Assembly (NCBI GenBank): GCA_944324195.1
Contig: CALUVJ010000001.1
Coordinates: 1 to 61,785 of the forward strand
Direction: 5' to 3'
DNA: 61,785 nt
From: Candidatus Gastranaerophilales bacterium
GTDB lineage: Bacteria > Cyanobacteriota > Vampirovibrionia > Gastranaerophilales > Gastranaerophilaceae
A model generated the notes under the pieces. That model saw nothing but the letters and a program-made list of their open reading frames with translations, made no database searches and was not told the DNA's origin. A program made the translations under genes and the position numbers. Below are positions 11,467 through 20,256 of this stretch, piece after piece. Within the stretch, counting starts at the first letter, position 1. Each line of letters starts with the position of its first letter.

Positions 11467-12237
11467 ATGTCTGAGAAAATAGATAAGGCAATGAACCTTT
11501 TTAGAGAAAGAAAATACAAAGAAGCGATTGATGCTTTCAGCTCTGTACTGGAAACAGAGCCTGATAATGCGGATGTTTATAATAATATGGGGGTTGCTTA
11601 TTCTTGTCTCGGAAATTTTGAGCAGGCTGAAAATTTTTATACTAAAGCTATCGAGTTAGATCCGGAATTGGCCCAAGCTTATATAAACCTTTCTGATTTA
11701 TATTATAAAGCCGGAGACTTATCTTCTGCCCTGGGCACTTTGCAACGAGGAAGCTACGAACTGCCGGATAATCTTGCAATTGCGCATCTTCTTGCAAGAG
11801 TTTATATAGAGGACCAAAGGTGGGAAGATGCTATTGTCGAATTGGAAAGGGTTTTGGACGGCGAACCAGAAAATTACGACGCGTATTATGATTTAGGGCA
11901 TGTATGCTTTGAATTAGGCGATTATGAGAGTGCTATTTCAAATTTTGAGAATGTAATAGAGTATAAGGAAAATAATGAACTCCTTTATTACGCTCTTGCT
12001 CAGGCATATGAAGCCAATAATGAGATAGATAAAGCTATTTCTAATTATCTTAAAGCAATAGCAGTAAATGACAAATTTACCCTTGCATATAAAAAGGTAG
12101 GAATTCTGTTTCTTGCAAGAGAAGATTATGAAGATGCTATCGAATATTTTGAGGATTATATTAATTTTGATGTCCCTGATGAAGAAAAAGAAAGCATTTC
12201 AAAACTGATAGACAGAATAAAAGCCCGATGCAACTAA
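11467..12237 (+). CDS. Tetratricopeptide repeat protein
   Basis: Consecutive 34-aa TPR units (e.g. VYNNMGVAY...A...Y.KAIELDP). Confidence 0.92.
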   Translation: MSEKIDKAMNLFRERKYKEAIDAFSSVLETEPDNADVYNNMGVAYSCLGNFEQAENFYTKAIELDPELAQAYINLSDLYYKAGDLSSALGTLQRGSYELPDNLAIAHLLARVYIEDQRWEDAIVELERVLDGEPENYDAYYDLGHVCFELGDYESAISNFENVIEYKENNELLYYALAQAYEANNEIDKAISNYLKAIAVNDKFTLAYKKVGILFLAREDYEDAIEYFEDYINFDVPDEEKESISKLIDRIKARCN

Positions 12238-12338
12238 CCGGCCGCAGAATCAGCAGATAAACCGGTAAATGGATTATTGGCAGGGATAAAATATATTGGG
12301 TTGTTCGGTTTGCACCCATCGCCCCTTAGAAAACTTTT

Positions 12339-12580
12339 CTCTCGCCCCCTGTGGGAGAGGACGCAGTCATGCTTGAACGGAGTGAAAGCTACGAATGCGG
12401 GTGAGGGGTAAATGAATGCGTTAGGGGTCTTTTTTATGTCTTGAAATCAGGTAATATTTCACAGTTACTGATATGAGATGGGTTAAGGAGTTTGTTTATA
12501 AAATTATCCTGGACAGTTGTGGAAACGAGTTCAGCATGACAACCCCTCACCCTAGCCCTCTCCCACAAGGGGCGAGGGGA
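12339..12580. repeat. Inverted doublet of CCCTC-type REP-like units, with a TGTC-type half unit
   Basis: CTCTCGCCCCCTGTGGGAGAGG...GGGTGAGGGG (12339-12408) faces CCCCTCACCCTAGCCCTCTCCCACAAGGGGCGAGGGGA (12543-12580); GAAACGAGTTCAGCATGACA directly precedes the latter. Confidence 0.85.
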
Positions 12581-12587
12581 AGGCGCG

Positions 12588-12703
12588 AACCTATGTCACC
12601 CGATAAGTCATAGGCAGCCAGCCAGTAGCCAAGTCATTCGAGGGTGACCGGGGAAGTAAACACAGATAAGGAATATTAACCTATGTCACCCGATAAGTCA
12701 TAG
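12588..12703. repeat. Two identical 26-bp direct repeats 64 bp apart
   Basis: AACCTATGTCACCCGATAAGTCATAG at 12588-12613 and 12678-12703. Confidence 0.9.
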
Positions 12704-12780
12704 TTAAAAAAAAGAAAAAAGGACAAAGAATGTCCTTAAAAATGGTAAGTATATTAAAATTGTAGACTATATTTATGTAG

Positions 12781-12812
12781 TCCTTTACTCTTCATCCGTG
12801 AGGAGTAAAGGA
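12781..12812 (-). terminator. Probable terminator hairpin after flgL
   Basis: TCCTTTACTCTTCA-tccg-TGAGGAGTAAAGGA just past the flgL stop. Confidence 0.7.
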
Positions 12813-12818
12813 GATTTT

Positions 12819-13922
12819 TTATAGGTAATTAAGCAAACTCATACCCATAGAAGCGGAAGAGACCTGTAAACTTGCCTGATAAGCGTATTGTGCCATGTAC
12901 CAGTCAGTTATTGCAGTTGTCAAATCTACATCTTGTATTTCTGATAGGTATGCTGTCAGGTTTGTGTTGTTCGTATCAAGAGTCGAAGTTGTCATCTCCA
13001 AGCGGTTATAAACGCCGCCGAATTTAGTCTGCTCTTCGGTTATCATTCTCATAGAAGAGTCAAACATATCTAATGTTGCGTTCATTTGTTCGTATCCGGC
13101 TTCGGAATCTCCATCAAGAATCATTTGTATAGAATTACTCAATAATTTCATTGCCCCCATAACACCGGAATAATTTTCTTCGGCAACCGAAACTTTAAGA
13201 TCTGCGGTATCGCCGGCATAAGCTGTACCATCATCCTCGTAGGCATAAGTTTTGGAACCGTCGGCTTCGACGGTTTCAATAACTCTTCTGCCGTCAGCGT
13301 CAGTAAACACATTTTTCCCGTCTGCCGTTTGTTCCTGAACCGCTTCATAATATCCAAAAACCCTGTCGCCGGTTGTATTAATAACTTCAAAAACTCCGTC
13401 AGCAACTTCTGTTTGCCTTATGTAATCCGGATTATCATATGGAGTTCCGTTGTAAATAATATTTCCGTTGTCATCGATTGTATAAGGAGTAATTTTTGTA
13501 TTAGCACCGCCGAAAATATAGTTATCATTGTACTCTGTATTGGCAAGGTCGACCATAGTCTTAATTGTTTCGTCAATTTCAACCTTAATTGCTTCAAGAG
13601 AATCATTTCCGTAAGTCTGGTTGCTTGCCTGTACAGCTCTATCCCAAGCTGACTGCAAATAACCGGTTGCAAGAGACATTAAATCATCAAGCGTACTCAG
13701 CTCACTCTTAGCCATCTCAACATTGGTAGAGAACGTATCTATCTGCCCCAGCTGCCTGTTTGTATTAATTATATTAACTGCCGCAATCGGATCATCCGTT
13801 ATATTAATAACCTTGTGTCCTGATGTAAGTTGGGCGGTTATTCTGTTGTAGTTTATTAAGTTTTGCTGCATATCTGCAACAAGCTGAGCGTATTTTCCTG
13901 AAGTTGAGACTCTATCTACCAT
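12819..13922 (-). CDS. flgL: Flagellar hook-associated protein 3 FlgL
   Basis: Flagellin-like termini (TSGHKV...DDP, LANTEYNDNYIFGG, YQASLQ...SLLNYL); follows flgK. Confidence 0.95.
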   Translation of the reverse strand: MVDRVSTSGKYAQLVADMQQNLINYNRITAQLTSGHKVINITDDPIAAVNIINTNRQLGQIDTFSTNVEMAKSELSTLDDLMSLATGYLQSAWDRAVQASNQTYGNDSLEAIKVEIDETIKTMVDLANTEYNDNYIFGGANTKITPYTIDDNGNIIYNGTPYDNPDYIRQTEVADGVFEVINTTGDRVFGYYEAVQEQTADGKNVFTDADGRRVIETVEADGSKTYAYEDDGTAYAGDTADLKVSVAEENYSGVMGAMKLLSNSIQMILDGDSEAGYEQMNATLDMFDSSMRMITEEQTKFGGVYNRLEMTTSTLDTNNTNLTAYLSEIQDVDLTTAITDWYMAQYAYQASLQVSSASMGMSLLNYL

Positions 13923-13926
13923 AAGA

Positions 13927-15537
13927 CTAACCTCCTAATGTCATAAGTGTATCCAGACAAGCATTACATATATTAAATACTTGTGCTGCAGCTGAATACG
14001 CAGTTTGATACTTAACTAAATCGACCAATTCTTCGTTTAAATCTACACCGGTTGCATCCTTAATTTTTGTTTCGATACCGTCCACTACTGCGGATTGTGT
14101 ATCATAAAGTGTCTGAAGGCTGCTTCCTGCAGACGCTATTTTACCTACAAGAGAGGTATAATAATCTTCAATAGACATTCCGTCTAATGCATCCTGCTTA
14201 ATGTTTCTTGTTCCGAGCATTGCTGCCACGTTTTGAGCATTACCGACAGCATTTTCGTCGAAATTTGCACCATCTTCAAAATATGCGCAGGAAATATTCC
14301 AGATGCCGTCCGTTGTGAATAAATCAGGGTTCAGCTGAATATTTCCGGCAGTAATTCCGGTAGTTGTAATATTACCAGCCTCATCTGTTGTTACAAACAA
14401 GAAATTATCATCAGGACTGTCCATTAATTTACCCGTATCATCAGGATTAATGCAATATGCGCCCTCTCTGGTGTTCAGTTCATTAAAGATGTCCGCAATT
14501 GCTTGTGCTAAAGTATTAAGTCCCTCCATTGCTGTTCCGGCATTAGTCTCACCGTCAACTGCAGTTGCTGAATGCAGCAGTCCGCCGAGAGTTCCCTCCG
14601 TAATAATAGAATTGGCATTTGAGACAACAACTTTATTTTCCTCTTCCGGATTAATAATGCTGATAACGGCATTTTCCCCATCCCAATCATCAGGATAAAC
14701 TATCGGAGGATTTTGTGATTCGCAGTAAGATTTAGCAGTTTGAATATCTAATTCGCCGACAACTTTTGCTCCTCTTACCAAATCGACACCGCCTACAGAA
14801 ACTCTTACAGCTCCATTATGAATTTCTTCTACGTCGATATCTACAAATTGAGCGATATCATTCAAAATCAAATCGCGTTTATCCAATAAATTATTTGCTT
14901 CCAGAGTTCCTGTCTGAGTAACCATAAGAGCTCTGTTTACGTCTGCAAGTTCTGTTAACTTATCATTTAAAGCTGAATATTGAACATATATTTTAGAACT
15001 TTCCAAAGCACTTTGAGATTCACCGTCTCCAAGTGCTTTTGTTGTTAATTGTTCTAACTCTACACTCTTAGAATTTAAAACAGAGACAAGTGTTTTAGCT
15101 GTTTCTATAAAATTAGTTCTGGCAGTAGAACTTGCGGGATATTCGTTTAAATTATTTAATGCTTCATAAAAATCTGAAAGAGCGGCATCAATGCCTTCAC
15201 CTTCTAGGTCATCAAAAATACTTGCTAAGTCGCCGATTGTATCAAGCTGCTGGTCCAGCGTATTCAGATGAGAAAGCTGCTCTCTATAATAGTTATTGAG
15301 ATATTCATCATTATATCTCATAACATTAGCAATCATAACACCGCCGTTTGCGCGAATCTGGTTATTTACATTGTCACCGATAGCACCTGCGATATTTCTT
15401 GTTGCAAGGTTAACTCTTTGCTTATGGTACCCTTCGGTATTCATATTTGCAACATTGTGAGATACAACACTAATTGCTTTCTCGTTTACGGAAAGCGTAT
15501 TTGCAGTCATATTTAATGATGATAACAAACTTGCCAT
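13927..15537 (-). CDS. flgK: Flagellar hook-associated protein 1 FlgK
   Basis: VSHNVANMNTEGYHKQRV, LLDKRD, GVDLNEELVDLVKYQTAYSAAA. Confidence 0.97.
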   Translation of the reverse strand: MASLLSSLNMTANTLSVNEKAISVVSHNVANMNTEGYHKQRVNLATRNIAGAIGDNVNNQIRANGGVMIANVMRYNDEYLNNYYREQLSHLNTLDQQLDTIGDLASIFDDLEGEGIDAALSDFYEALNNLNEYPASSTARTNFIETAKTLVSVLNSKSVELEQLTTKALGDGESQSALESSKIYVQYSALNDKLTELADVNRALMVTQTGTLEANNLLDKRDLILNDIAQFVDIDVEEIHNGAVRVSVGGVDLVRGAKVVGELDIQTAKSYCESQNPPIVYPDDWDGENAVISIINPEEENKVVVSNANSIITEGTLGGLLHSATAVDGETNAGTAMEGLNTLAQAIADIFNELNTREGAYCINPDDTGKLMDSPDDNFLFVTTDEAGNITTTGITAGNIQLNPDLFTTDGIWNISCAYFEDGANFDENAVGNAQNVAAMLGTRNIKQDALDGMSIEDYYTSLVGKIASAGSSLQTLYDTQSAVVDGIETKIKDATGVDLNEELVDLVKYQTAYSAAAQVFNICNACLDTLMTLGG

Positions 15538-15626
15538 ATTTTTACCTCATTCTTTTAAGTTGTATTCGGAAGCCCAAACCGGACATTTTGCTTCAGCAAA
15601 TCCTGCCGGCTGAATACGTACGTCCG

Positions 15627-16124
15627 TCAAACTTCTTCATTTATGGTCCACATGTTATATTCATGTGTGTCTGTTTTACCTGCTCCGTTGTAATTACATC
15701 CTTGAGGAGCAAATGCATCAATAATTGTTTCCAACATCTTGTTAGTTATTATGATGCCATGTTTTAATAGTTCCACATTTTGTTGATTTAATAACACTAA
15801 CTCGGGAATAATTTTACAAATCTTTACTTTTCTCTCTTCTAAAGCATTTATGTATTCAGGTGCTTCATTAGCCGCAAGTTCAATAAAACCGGACATATTC
15901 GTGTCTTTACCAAGCATCTCTGTTGCAAGATTTTTTCTTTCGTCATTGAGCCTTGTTATCTCATTGTTGAGAGCTAGAATTTTATTATCCAGCACTCCTA
16001 AATCATCGGGTTTTGATTTTTTAAGAGTTTCTTTTTTCTCTTCAAAGAGTTCTTTTAAATTCGTATATGCAACTATTATTTTGTCTAATACTTCTATTAA
16101 GTTTTTGAATTGTTTTTTGTCCAT
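15627..16124 (-). CDS. flgN: Flagellar export chaperone FlgN
   Basis: 165-aa helical protein with LNQQNVELL and C-terminal Y...G; directly upstream of flgK. Confidence 0.85.
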   Translation of the reverse strand: MDKKQFKNLIEVLDKIIVAYTNLKELFEEKKETLKKSKPDDLGVLDNKILALNNEITRLNDERKNLATEMLGKDTNMSGFIELAANEAPEYINALEERKVKICKIIPELVLLNQQNVELLKHGIIITNKMLETIIDAFAPQGCNYNGAGKTDTHEYNMWTINEEV

Positions 16125-16139
16125 AGGTTTCCTTTTTTG

Positions 16140-16262
16140 GTGACTAAGTGATTAAGTGACTAGGTGATTAAGAGATTATTAAATTTTTCTTTTATCAGTG
16201 CAGTTAGTAAAGCTGTTTACTAATTTACTTAGTCACTCAGTCACCCTGTCACTTAGTCACTT
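16140..16262. repeat. Inverted arms of 8-nt tandem units (GTGACTAA family)
   Basis: GTGACTAA GTGATTAA GTGACTAG GTGATTAA ... TTAGTCAC TCAGTCAC CCTGTCAC TTAGTCAC. Confidence 0.9.
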
Positions 16263-16264
16263 CA

Positions 16265-16873
16265 TTAGAACAGATACTTAACAAATCTGTTGAAAATACC
16301 TTCGTTCTGGTTTCTTGAAATAGCGCCGCGGCCGGAGAGAGCAAACTGCAGATTTGAAACATTATATGAATAAATTTCACCGTCTGCGTTAAGCCATCTC
16401 GGATCAACAACACCTGTTACAATAAAATCCATTCTTTCGTTTCCGTTAACGAGAGTTTTTTTACCCTGTACGGCAAGGTTTCCGTTAGGAAGCTGCTGCA
16501 CAACCTGAACTGCAATCTGGTCGCCGAATGTTAATGTGCGGCCGCCGGTTGCAGAGTTTGACACTTCATTAGAACCGCCAAAGCCGTCAGAATCTTTAAG
16601 AGAAAGTCCGAACCAGCGGTTTATAAAGGAGGTGAAAGTATCAACCGTTGTGGAGGATTTTTCGGAAGAATATGTAAGGTTGTCGTTAACTGTTATATTT
16701 TCCTGCATAATAATTGAGATTAAATCCCCTATTTGATGCGCCTGAACTCCGCCGAACAATGAGCGCGGAACGCCCGCATAATTCTGGGTTGCGCCGAGCG
16801 TAAACAGTGATTCTGCTTGAACGCACATTGTTGTCATCATTAATATTGCTATTATAGTTAATACTTTTTTCAT
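16265..16873 (-). CDS. flgH: Flagellar L-ring protein FlgH
   Basis: A..IGDLISI...E, V.VVQQLPNGNL.VQGKK, G.VDP, C-terminal F..YLF. Confidence 0.93.
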   Translation of the reverse strand: MKKVLTIIAILMMTTMCVQAESLFTLGATQNYAGVPRSLFGGVQAHQIGDLISIIMQENITVNDNLTYSSEKSSTTVDTFTSFINRWFGLSLKDSDGFGGSNEVSNSATGGRTLTFGDQIAVQVVQQLPNGNLAVQGKKTLVNGNERMDFIVTGVVDPRWLNADGEIYSYNVSNLQFALSGRGAISRNQNEGIFNRFVKYLF

Positions 16874-16909
16874 TTCCTCTTCCTCAATGCTTGGCTATTA
16901 GTTTATTAA

Positions 16910-17008
16910 TTTAGGAGTTTAGAAGTTGAAAAGTTTAGAAGAATTTAAATTCGCTTACGCTCATAATATTATTAATAATAACTTCTGCTCAACTCCTCAA
17001 CTTCTAAA
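16910..17008. repeat. Inverted arms of 8-nt tandem units (GTTTAGRA family)
   Basis: TTTAGGA GTTTAGAA GTTGAAAA GTTTAGAA ... CTCAACTCCTCAACTTCTAAAC; same family as 5444-5520. Confidence 0.85.
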
Positions 17009-17013
17009 CATTT

Positions 17014-17286
17014 TTAACATAGAAATTCCGCTATAACACTTCTACCGTATAACAGACCGTACTTTATGTCATCATCCGAAATATTGAATTCTCCTACGGT
17101 TTTGGCGCATTCTCTTACTTCATCTACATCAATTCTCTCCAGTAAAGTCTTAGCGTTATTTGATTCCGTGCCGCCTGAAACTTCCTTCATTTCAGTCTCT
17201 TCTTTTTTAGGAAGAGTTTGTGCTGATTTGAAGGCGCTTAGTGCGCTGAATTGTTGTACTGAATTGGTTTCTATTCCTGATAACAT
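17014..17286 (-). CDS. Small flagellar-cluster protein, candidate divergent anti-sigma28 factor FlgM
   Basis: 90 aa, AAGGAG ribosome-binding site, low-complexity N-half, C-terminal GEFNISDDDIKYGLL resembles the FlgM GxYxVxxxxIAxxLL pattern; directly follows flgJ. Confidence 0.5.
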   Translation of the reverse strand: MLSGIETNSVQQFSALSAFKSAQTLPKKEETEMKEVSGGTESNNAKTLLERIDVDEVRECAKTVGEFNISDDDIKYGLLYGRSVIAEFLC

Positions 17287-17302
17287 TTTGTCTCCTTTTT
17301 AG

Positions 17303-17396
17303 GTGGTGAATAGTGACTGGTGAATAGTGAATAGTGGTTTATAAATAAAAACATAATAAAATATCTATTCACTACTCACTATTCACTAGTCACTAA
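17303..17396. repeat. Inverted arms of 7-nt tandem units (TAGTGAA family)
   Basis: GGTGAATAGTGACTGGTGAATAGTGAATAGTG ... CTATTCACTACTCACTATTCACTAGTCACTA; last unit includes the flgJ TAG stop. Confidence 0.9.
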
Positions 17397-17746
17397 CCCC
17401 CAACATACTTCTCCATTTGTCTGTAGATTTGATCTGCAAATCCGAAGGAGGTTCTCGGATTATTTGCAATATCACGTCCCATTTGCTGATAAACTATTGA
17501 TTTAAAGGTATCAACATACTGGCTTTCTTTTCCGAAAAGTCCGTTTTCTCTGTCTACTGTCTTGTCCATTTCGGATAGCATCTTGGTAATAAATATTGAT
17601 TCGAATTCCGTTGCAGCCTTTCTCAACTGCTCTTTTGAATCACCGGATTCTTTGATTCTGTTATAAAGAACCTGATCAGAGTTAACCGTCTGAGCATTGT
17701 TTAGTCCGTGTTTTATTAAATCTATTGTAGGTGTTGAAAAATCCAT
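17393..17746 (-). CDS. flgJ: Single-domain FlgJ (rod-binding domain only)
   Basis: LRKAATEFESIFITKMLSEM...FGFADQIYRQM; no muramidase domain. Start set at MDFS because the longer ORF runs through heptamer repeats. Confidence 0.88.
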   Translation of the reverse strand: MDFSTPTIDLIKHGLNNAQTVNSDQVLYNRIKESGDSKEQLRKAATEFESIFITKMLSEMDKTVDRENGLFGKESQYVDTFKSIVYQQMGRDIANNPRTSFGFADQIYRQMEKYVGG

Positions 17747-17751
17747 TTTTC

Positions 17752-17865
17752 TTAGTGAATGGTGAATAGTGAGCAGTGAGTAGATTACTTCACTTTTCCT
17801 ATTCTCATTCACATTCTCCTTTCTTTTTAACCTCTATTCACTAATCACGATTCACTAGTCACTAA
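17752..17865. repeat. Inverted arms of 7-nt tandem units (TAGTGAA family)
   Basis: TAGTGAATGGTGAATAGTGAGCAGTGAGTAG ... CTATTCACTAATCACGATTCACTAGTCACTAA. Confidence 0.9.
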
Positions 17866-18969
17866 CTAAATAATAACCAAATCCGCCTGCAAGCTTCCCG
17901 ATTTTTTAAGTGCCTGCAGTATTGAGATTAAGTCAACCGGCGCGACTCCGATTGCGTTTAGCGCCCTTACTAAATCATTCAAGTTGCTGTTAGCAGGCAT
18001 TGTAACAAGACTTCCCGGAGTTTTGTTAATCTCTATGTCTGCATTTTCAAATCCGACTGTCGCACCGTTTGCAAAAGCATTAGGCTGTGAAACTTCGTTT
18101 GTGGTTGAAACCGTAACCGTAATGTTTCCGTGTGCTACAGCTGCCGGAAGGAGTTTTACATCTGCTCCGATTACAACAGTTCCGGTTCTTTCATTTACAA
18201 CAACCTTAGCCCTGTCCATTGTTGGAGAGACCTCCAGATTCTCTATGATAGAAAGAAAATTGACTCTGTCATTCATAAATCTTGCCGGAATTTCCACTTT
18301 AACGGAGCTTCCGTCAACTGCCTGAGCCGGCGCTACCTGAGAAATTGTTTTTGCAATTCTTGAAACAAGTGTGTAATCGGAACGGTCTATTGATAAAGTT
18401 ATTGAATTTTCATCCCCGATTTCCGTATAAATATCACGTTCAATTATTGCACCGCCGGGGATTCTTCCCGTTGTAGTAATTGCAGTTCTTGCAGAAGAGC
18501 CGCCTGCACTTTTGTTAATACCGCCAACTGATAAAGGTCCTTGTGCAACTGCAACCGCTTCACCGTTTGGCGCTTTTAAGATTGTTTGAACCAGAACACC
18601 GCCTTCAAGACTCTTACAGTCTGCCATTGCCGAAACCGTTACATCAATTTTGTCCCCGTTTTTTGCAAACGGCGGTACTGTTGCGGTTACAATTACCGCA
18701 GCAGAAGCACCTTTTTGGATGTAGTTTTCCTGTTCAATTACAGTACCTAAATTCCTTAAAAGCATCTGGTTAGTAATTTGTGTTGAACGGGAATTATCAC
18801 CTGTTCCGGGTAGACCAACAACAACACCGTATCCCACAATCTGGTTCTCTCTGACTCCTTTAATGTGAGTCAAATCGACGATTCTTACTTTTGCATCAAT
18901 AGCATAAGCAGGCAATAATCCCCCAATCATCAACAACATTATTAATAAACTTGATAGTAATTTTTTCAT
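17866..18969 (-). CDS. flgI: Flagellar P-ring protein FlgI
   Basis: GVRENQIVGYGVVVGLPGTGD, SLEGG.L, VVVNERTGTVV, ILQALKKSGSLQA. Confidence 0.98.
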   Translation of the reverse strand: MKKLLSSLLIMLLMIGGLLPAYAIDAKVRIVDLTHIKGVRENQIVGYGVVVGLPGTGDNSRSTQITNQMLLRNLGTVIEQENYIQKGASAAVIVTATVPPFAKNGDKIDVTVSAMADCKSLEGGVLVQTILKAPNGEAVAVAQGPLSVGGINKSAGGSSARTAITTTGRIPGGAIIERDIYTEIGDENSITLSIDRSDYTLVSRIAKTISQVAPAQAVDGSSVKVEIPARFMNDRVNFLSIIENLEVSPTMDRAKVVVNERTGTVVIGADVKLLPAAVAHGNITVTVSTTNEVSQPNAFANGATVGFENADIEINKTPGSLVTMPANSNLNDLVRALNAIGVAPVDLISILQALKKSGSLQADLVII

Positions 18970-19033
18970 AATACTTACCCGCTTTCTTTCAGGATTATTG
19001 AAATAATCCCTAAGAATATACCTTCCCCATTAA

Positions 19034-19082
19034 AAGTCTACATTGTATAGTTTAGACTATTGTTCCGAATAAAACATCAATC
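19034..19082 (-). promoter_or_regulatory. Putative flagellar-operon regulatory motif upstream of flgI
   Basis: Minus strand GATTGATGTT-N30-TGTAGACTT; same two boxes recur at 22763-22810. Confidence 0.5.
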
Positions 19083-19155
19083 AAATGAAGGAAATCGTAA
19101 AGACAAAAACATTTTTTTAAGAAGAAAAAATGAAGTAATTATAATTATAAAAAAG

Positions 19156-19236
19156 CACCCATCCTAACCTTCCCTCCAGGGAAGGAATGCGCCAGGCTTG
19201 TAGCCCTCCCTATATGAGGGAGGGCTGGGGAGGATG
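19156..19236. repeat. Inverted doublet of CCCTC-type REP-like units
   Basis: CACCCATCCTAACCTTCCCTCCAGGGAAGGAA facing CCCTCCCTATATGAGGGAGGGCTGGGGAGGATG. Confidence 0.75.
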
Positions 19237-19310
19237 ATAACAAATAAAATATAATTTATTCTGGACTTTTCTTTCTCTTTTGTTGCGGAAATAAAGCGAA
19301 AGAAAAGCTG

Positions 19311-19335
19311 GTAGGTTGGGGTTTCTACCCCAACA
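19311..19335 (+). repeat. GTAG-type REP palindrome
   Basis: GTAG-GTTGGGGT-ttct-ACCCCAAC-A. Confidence 0.8.
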
Positions 19336-19339
19336 AATA

Positions 19340-20044
19340 TTATATATTCACCAGAACCTTATTTTCACCTATAACTTTTCCGTTATAAACCTTTTTATAG
19401 TTTTTGTTTTCCACGTCAATATAATCTCCGCACATTCCGTCTGACATGGCAGTTCCGTCAACCGAAACCATAACCGCATCATTTGAAACAAAAAATATTC
19501 TGACTTCTCCGTTTCTTACGACATCAGGTCTCATTTTTACGAATCTTCTGTCAATAACTTCACCCTTTTGGAATGCTTTTTTTGCGGTAATTTCTTTTTC
19601 TAGCATTTTTTCAGTAAGAATGTAATCCATCTTCATGGAAACATCCATTTTCTTAACCGAAGAATTTTCTTTAGTAAGTGCCTGCTCTCTGTTTATAAAG
19701 TCATTTGCGACAAGAACTTCTTTATAAACGCTAGTTTGGACAGGAAGATTCAAAGTCTTAATAAATGCGCCGTTTACGTACACATCAACCCGTTTAATAT
19801 CTCGCGGAATTATCTTATCCCCGCCGGATACGACTTTGTAATTCACTGCTCCGTCCGGAAGCTGGAGCTGGGCAAATTGTGTGCCTGTTACCTTAACTTC
19901 AACCTCTGCATCAGTCATTTTTTTGTAATTTTCGGTAAGAATTTTTGCAACAGAAGCCTTAACATCAGCAGAACTAAGTACCTGCGCGTTTGCACTTAAT
20001 ACACCGGTTAAAATTATTAAAAATGTTACTAATAACTTTTTCAT
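19340..20044 (-). CDS. flgA: Flagellar P-ring assembly chaperone FlgA
   Basis: Signal peptide, SAF-like region, C-terminal V.RNGEV...G.AMSDG..GDYI.VEN; lies between flgG and flgI. Confidence 0.92.
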   Translation of the reverse strand: MKKLLVTFLIILTGVLSANAQVLSSADVKASVAKILTENYKKMTDAEVEVKVTGTQFAQLQLPDGAVNYKVVSGGDKIIPRDIKRVDVYVNGAFIKTLNLPVQTSVYKEVLVANDFINREQALTKENSSVKKMDVSMKMDYILTEKMLEKEITAKKAFQKGEVIDRRFVKMRPDVVRNGEVRIFFVSNDAVMVSVDGTAMSDGMCGDYIDVENKNYKKVYNGKVIGENKVLVNI

Positions 20045-20086
20045 CTTGTCCTTTTGTTCAAAATCGTTTTAGGATGTTGGGTTTTT

Positions 20087-20170
20087 GTTGGGCAGGTATG
20101 CCCAACCTACTCTCTTAATATATTTCCCCCCCCTTCCCCCTTCGGGTACTTCCCCCGCAAGGGGGGCAGA
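20087..20170. repeat. GTAG-type REP (20087-20110) plus CCCTC-type REP variant (20126-20170)
   Basis: GTTGGGCAGGTATGCCCAACCTAC; CCCCCCCCTTCCCCCTTCGGGTACTTCCCCCGCAAGGGGGGCAGA. Confidence 0.8.
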
Positions 20171-20220
20171 TGTGCACCGCGTTTTTTCTTTGTAATAATT
20201 TTATTTACTATTTACTAATC

Positions 20221-20255
20221 TTAGTCACTCAGTCACCTAGTCACTTAGTCACTAA
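20221..20255. repeat. Single arm of 8-nt tandem units (GTGACTAA family)
   Basis: TTAGTCAC TCAGTCAC CTAGTCAC TTAGTCAC, nearly identical to the right arm at 16229-16260; adjoins the flgG stop. Confidence 0.9.
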
Positions 20256-20256
20256 A

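Noticed and set aside
12588-12703. Mini-CRISPR interpretation of the 26-bp direct repeat
   Set aside because: Only two copies, a 64-bp spacer longer than typical, and no cas genes; kept as an unexplained repeat.
17747-17812. N-terminal extension of flgJ in the ORF track, and similar extensions at 23642-23806, 26757-26879, 33874-33948 and 52481-52555
   Set aside because: They run through repeats or promoter DNA; downstream ATGs fit the domain starts and mostly have better ribosome-binding sites.
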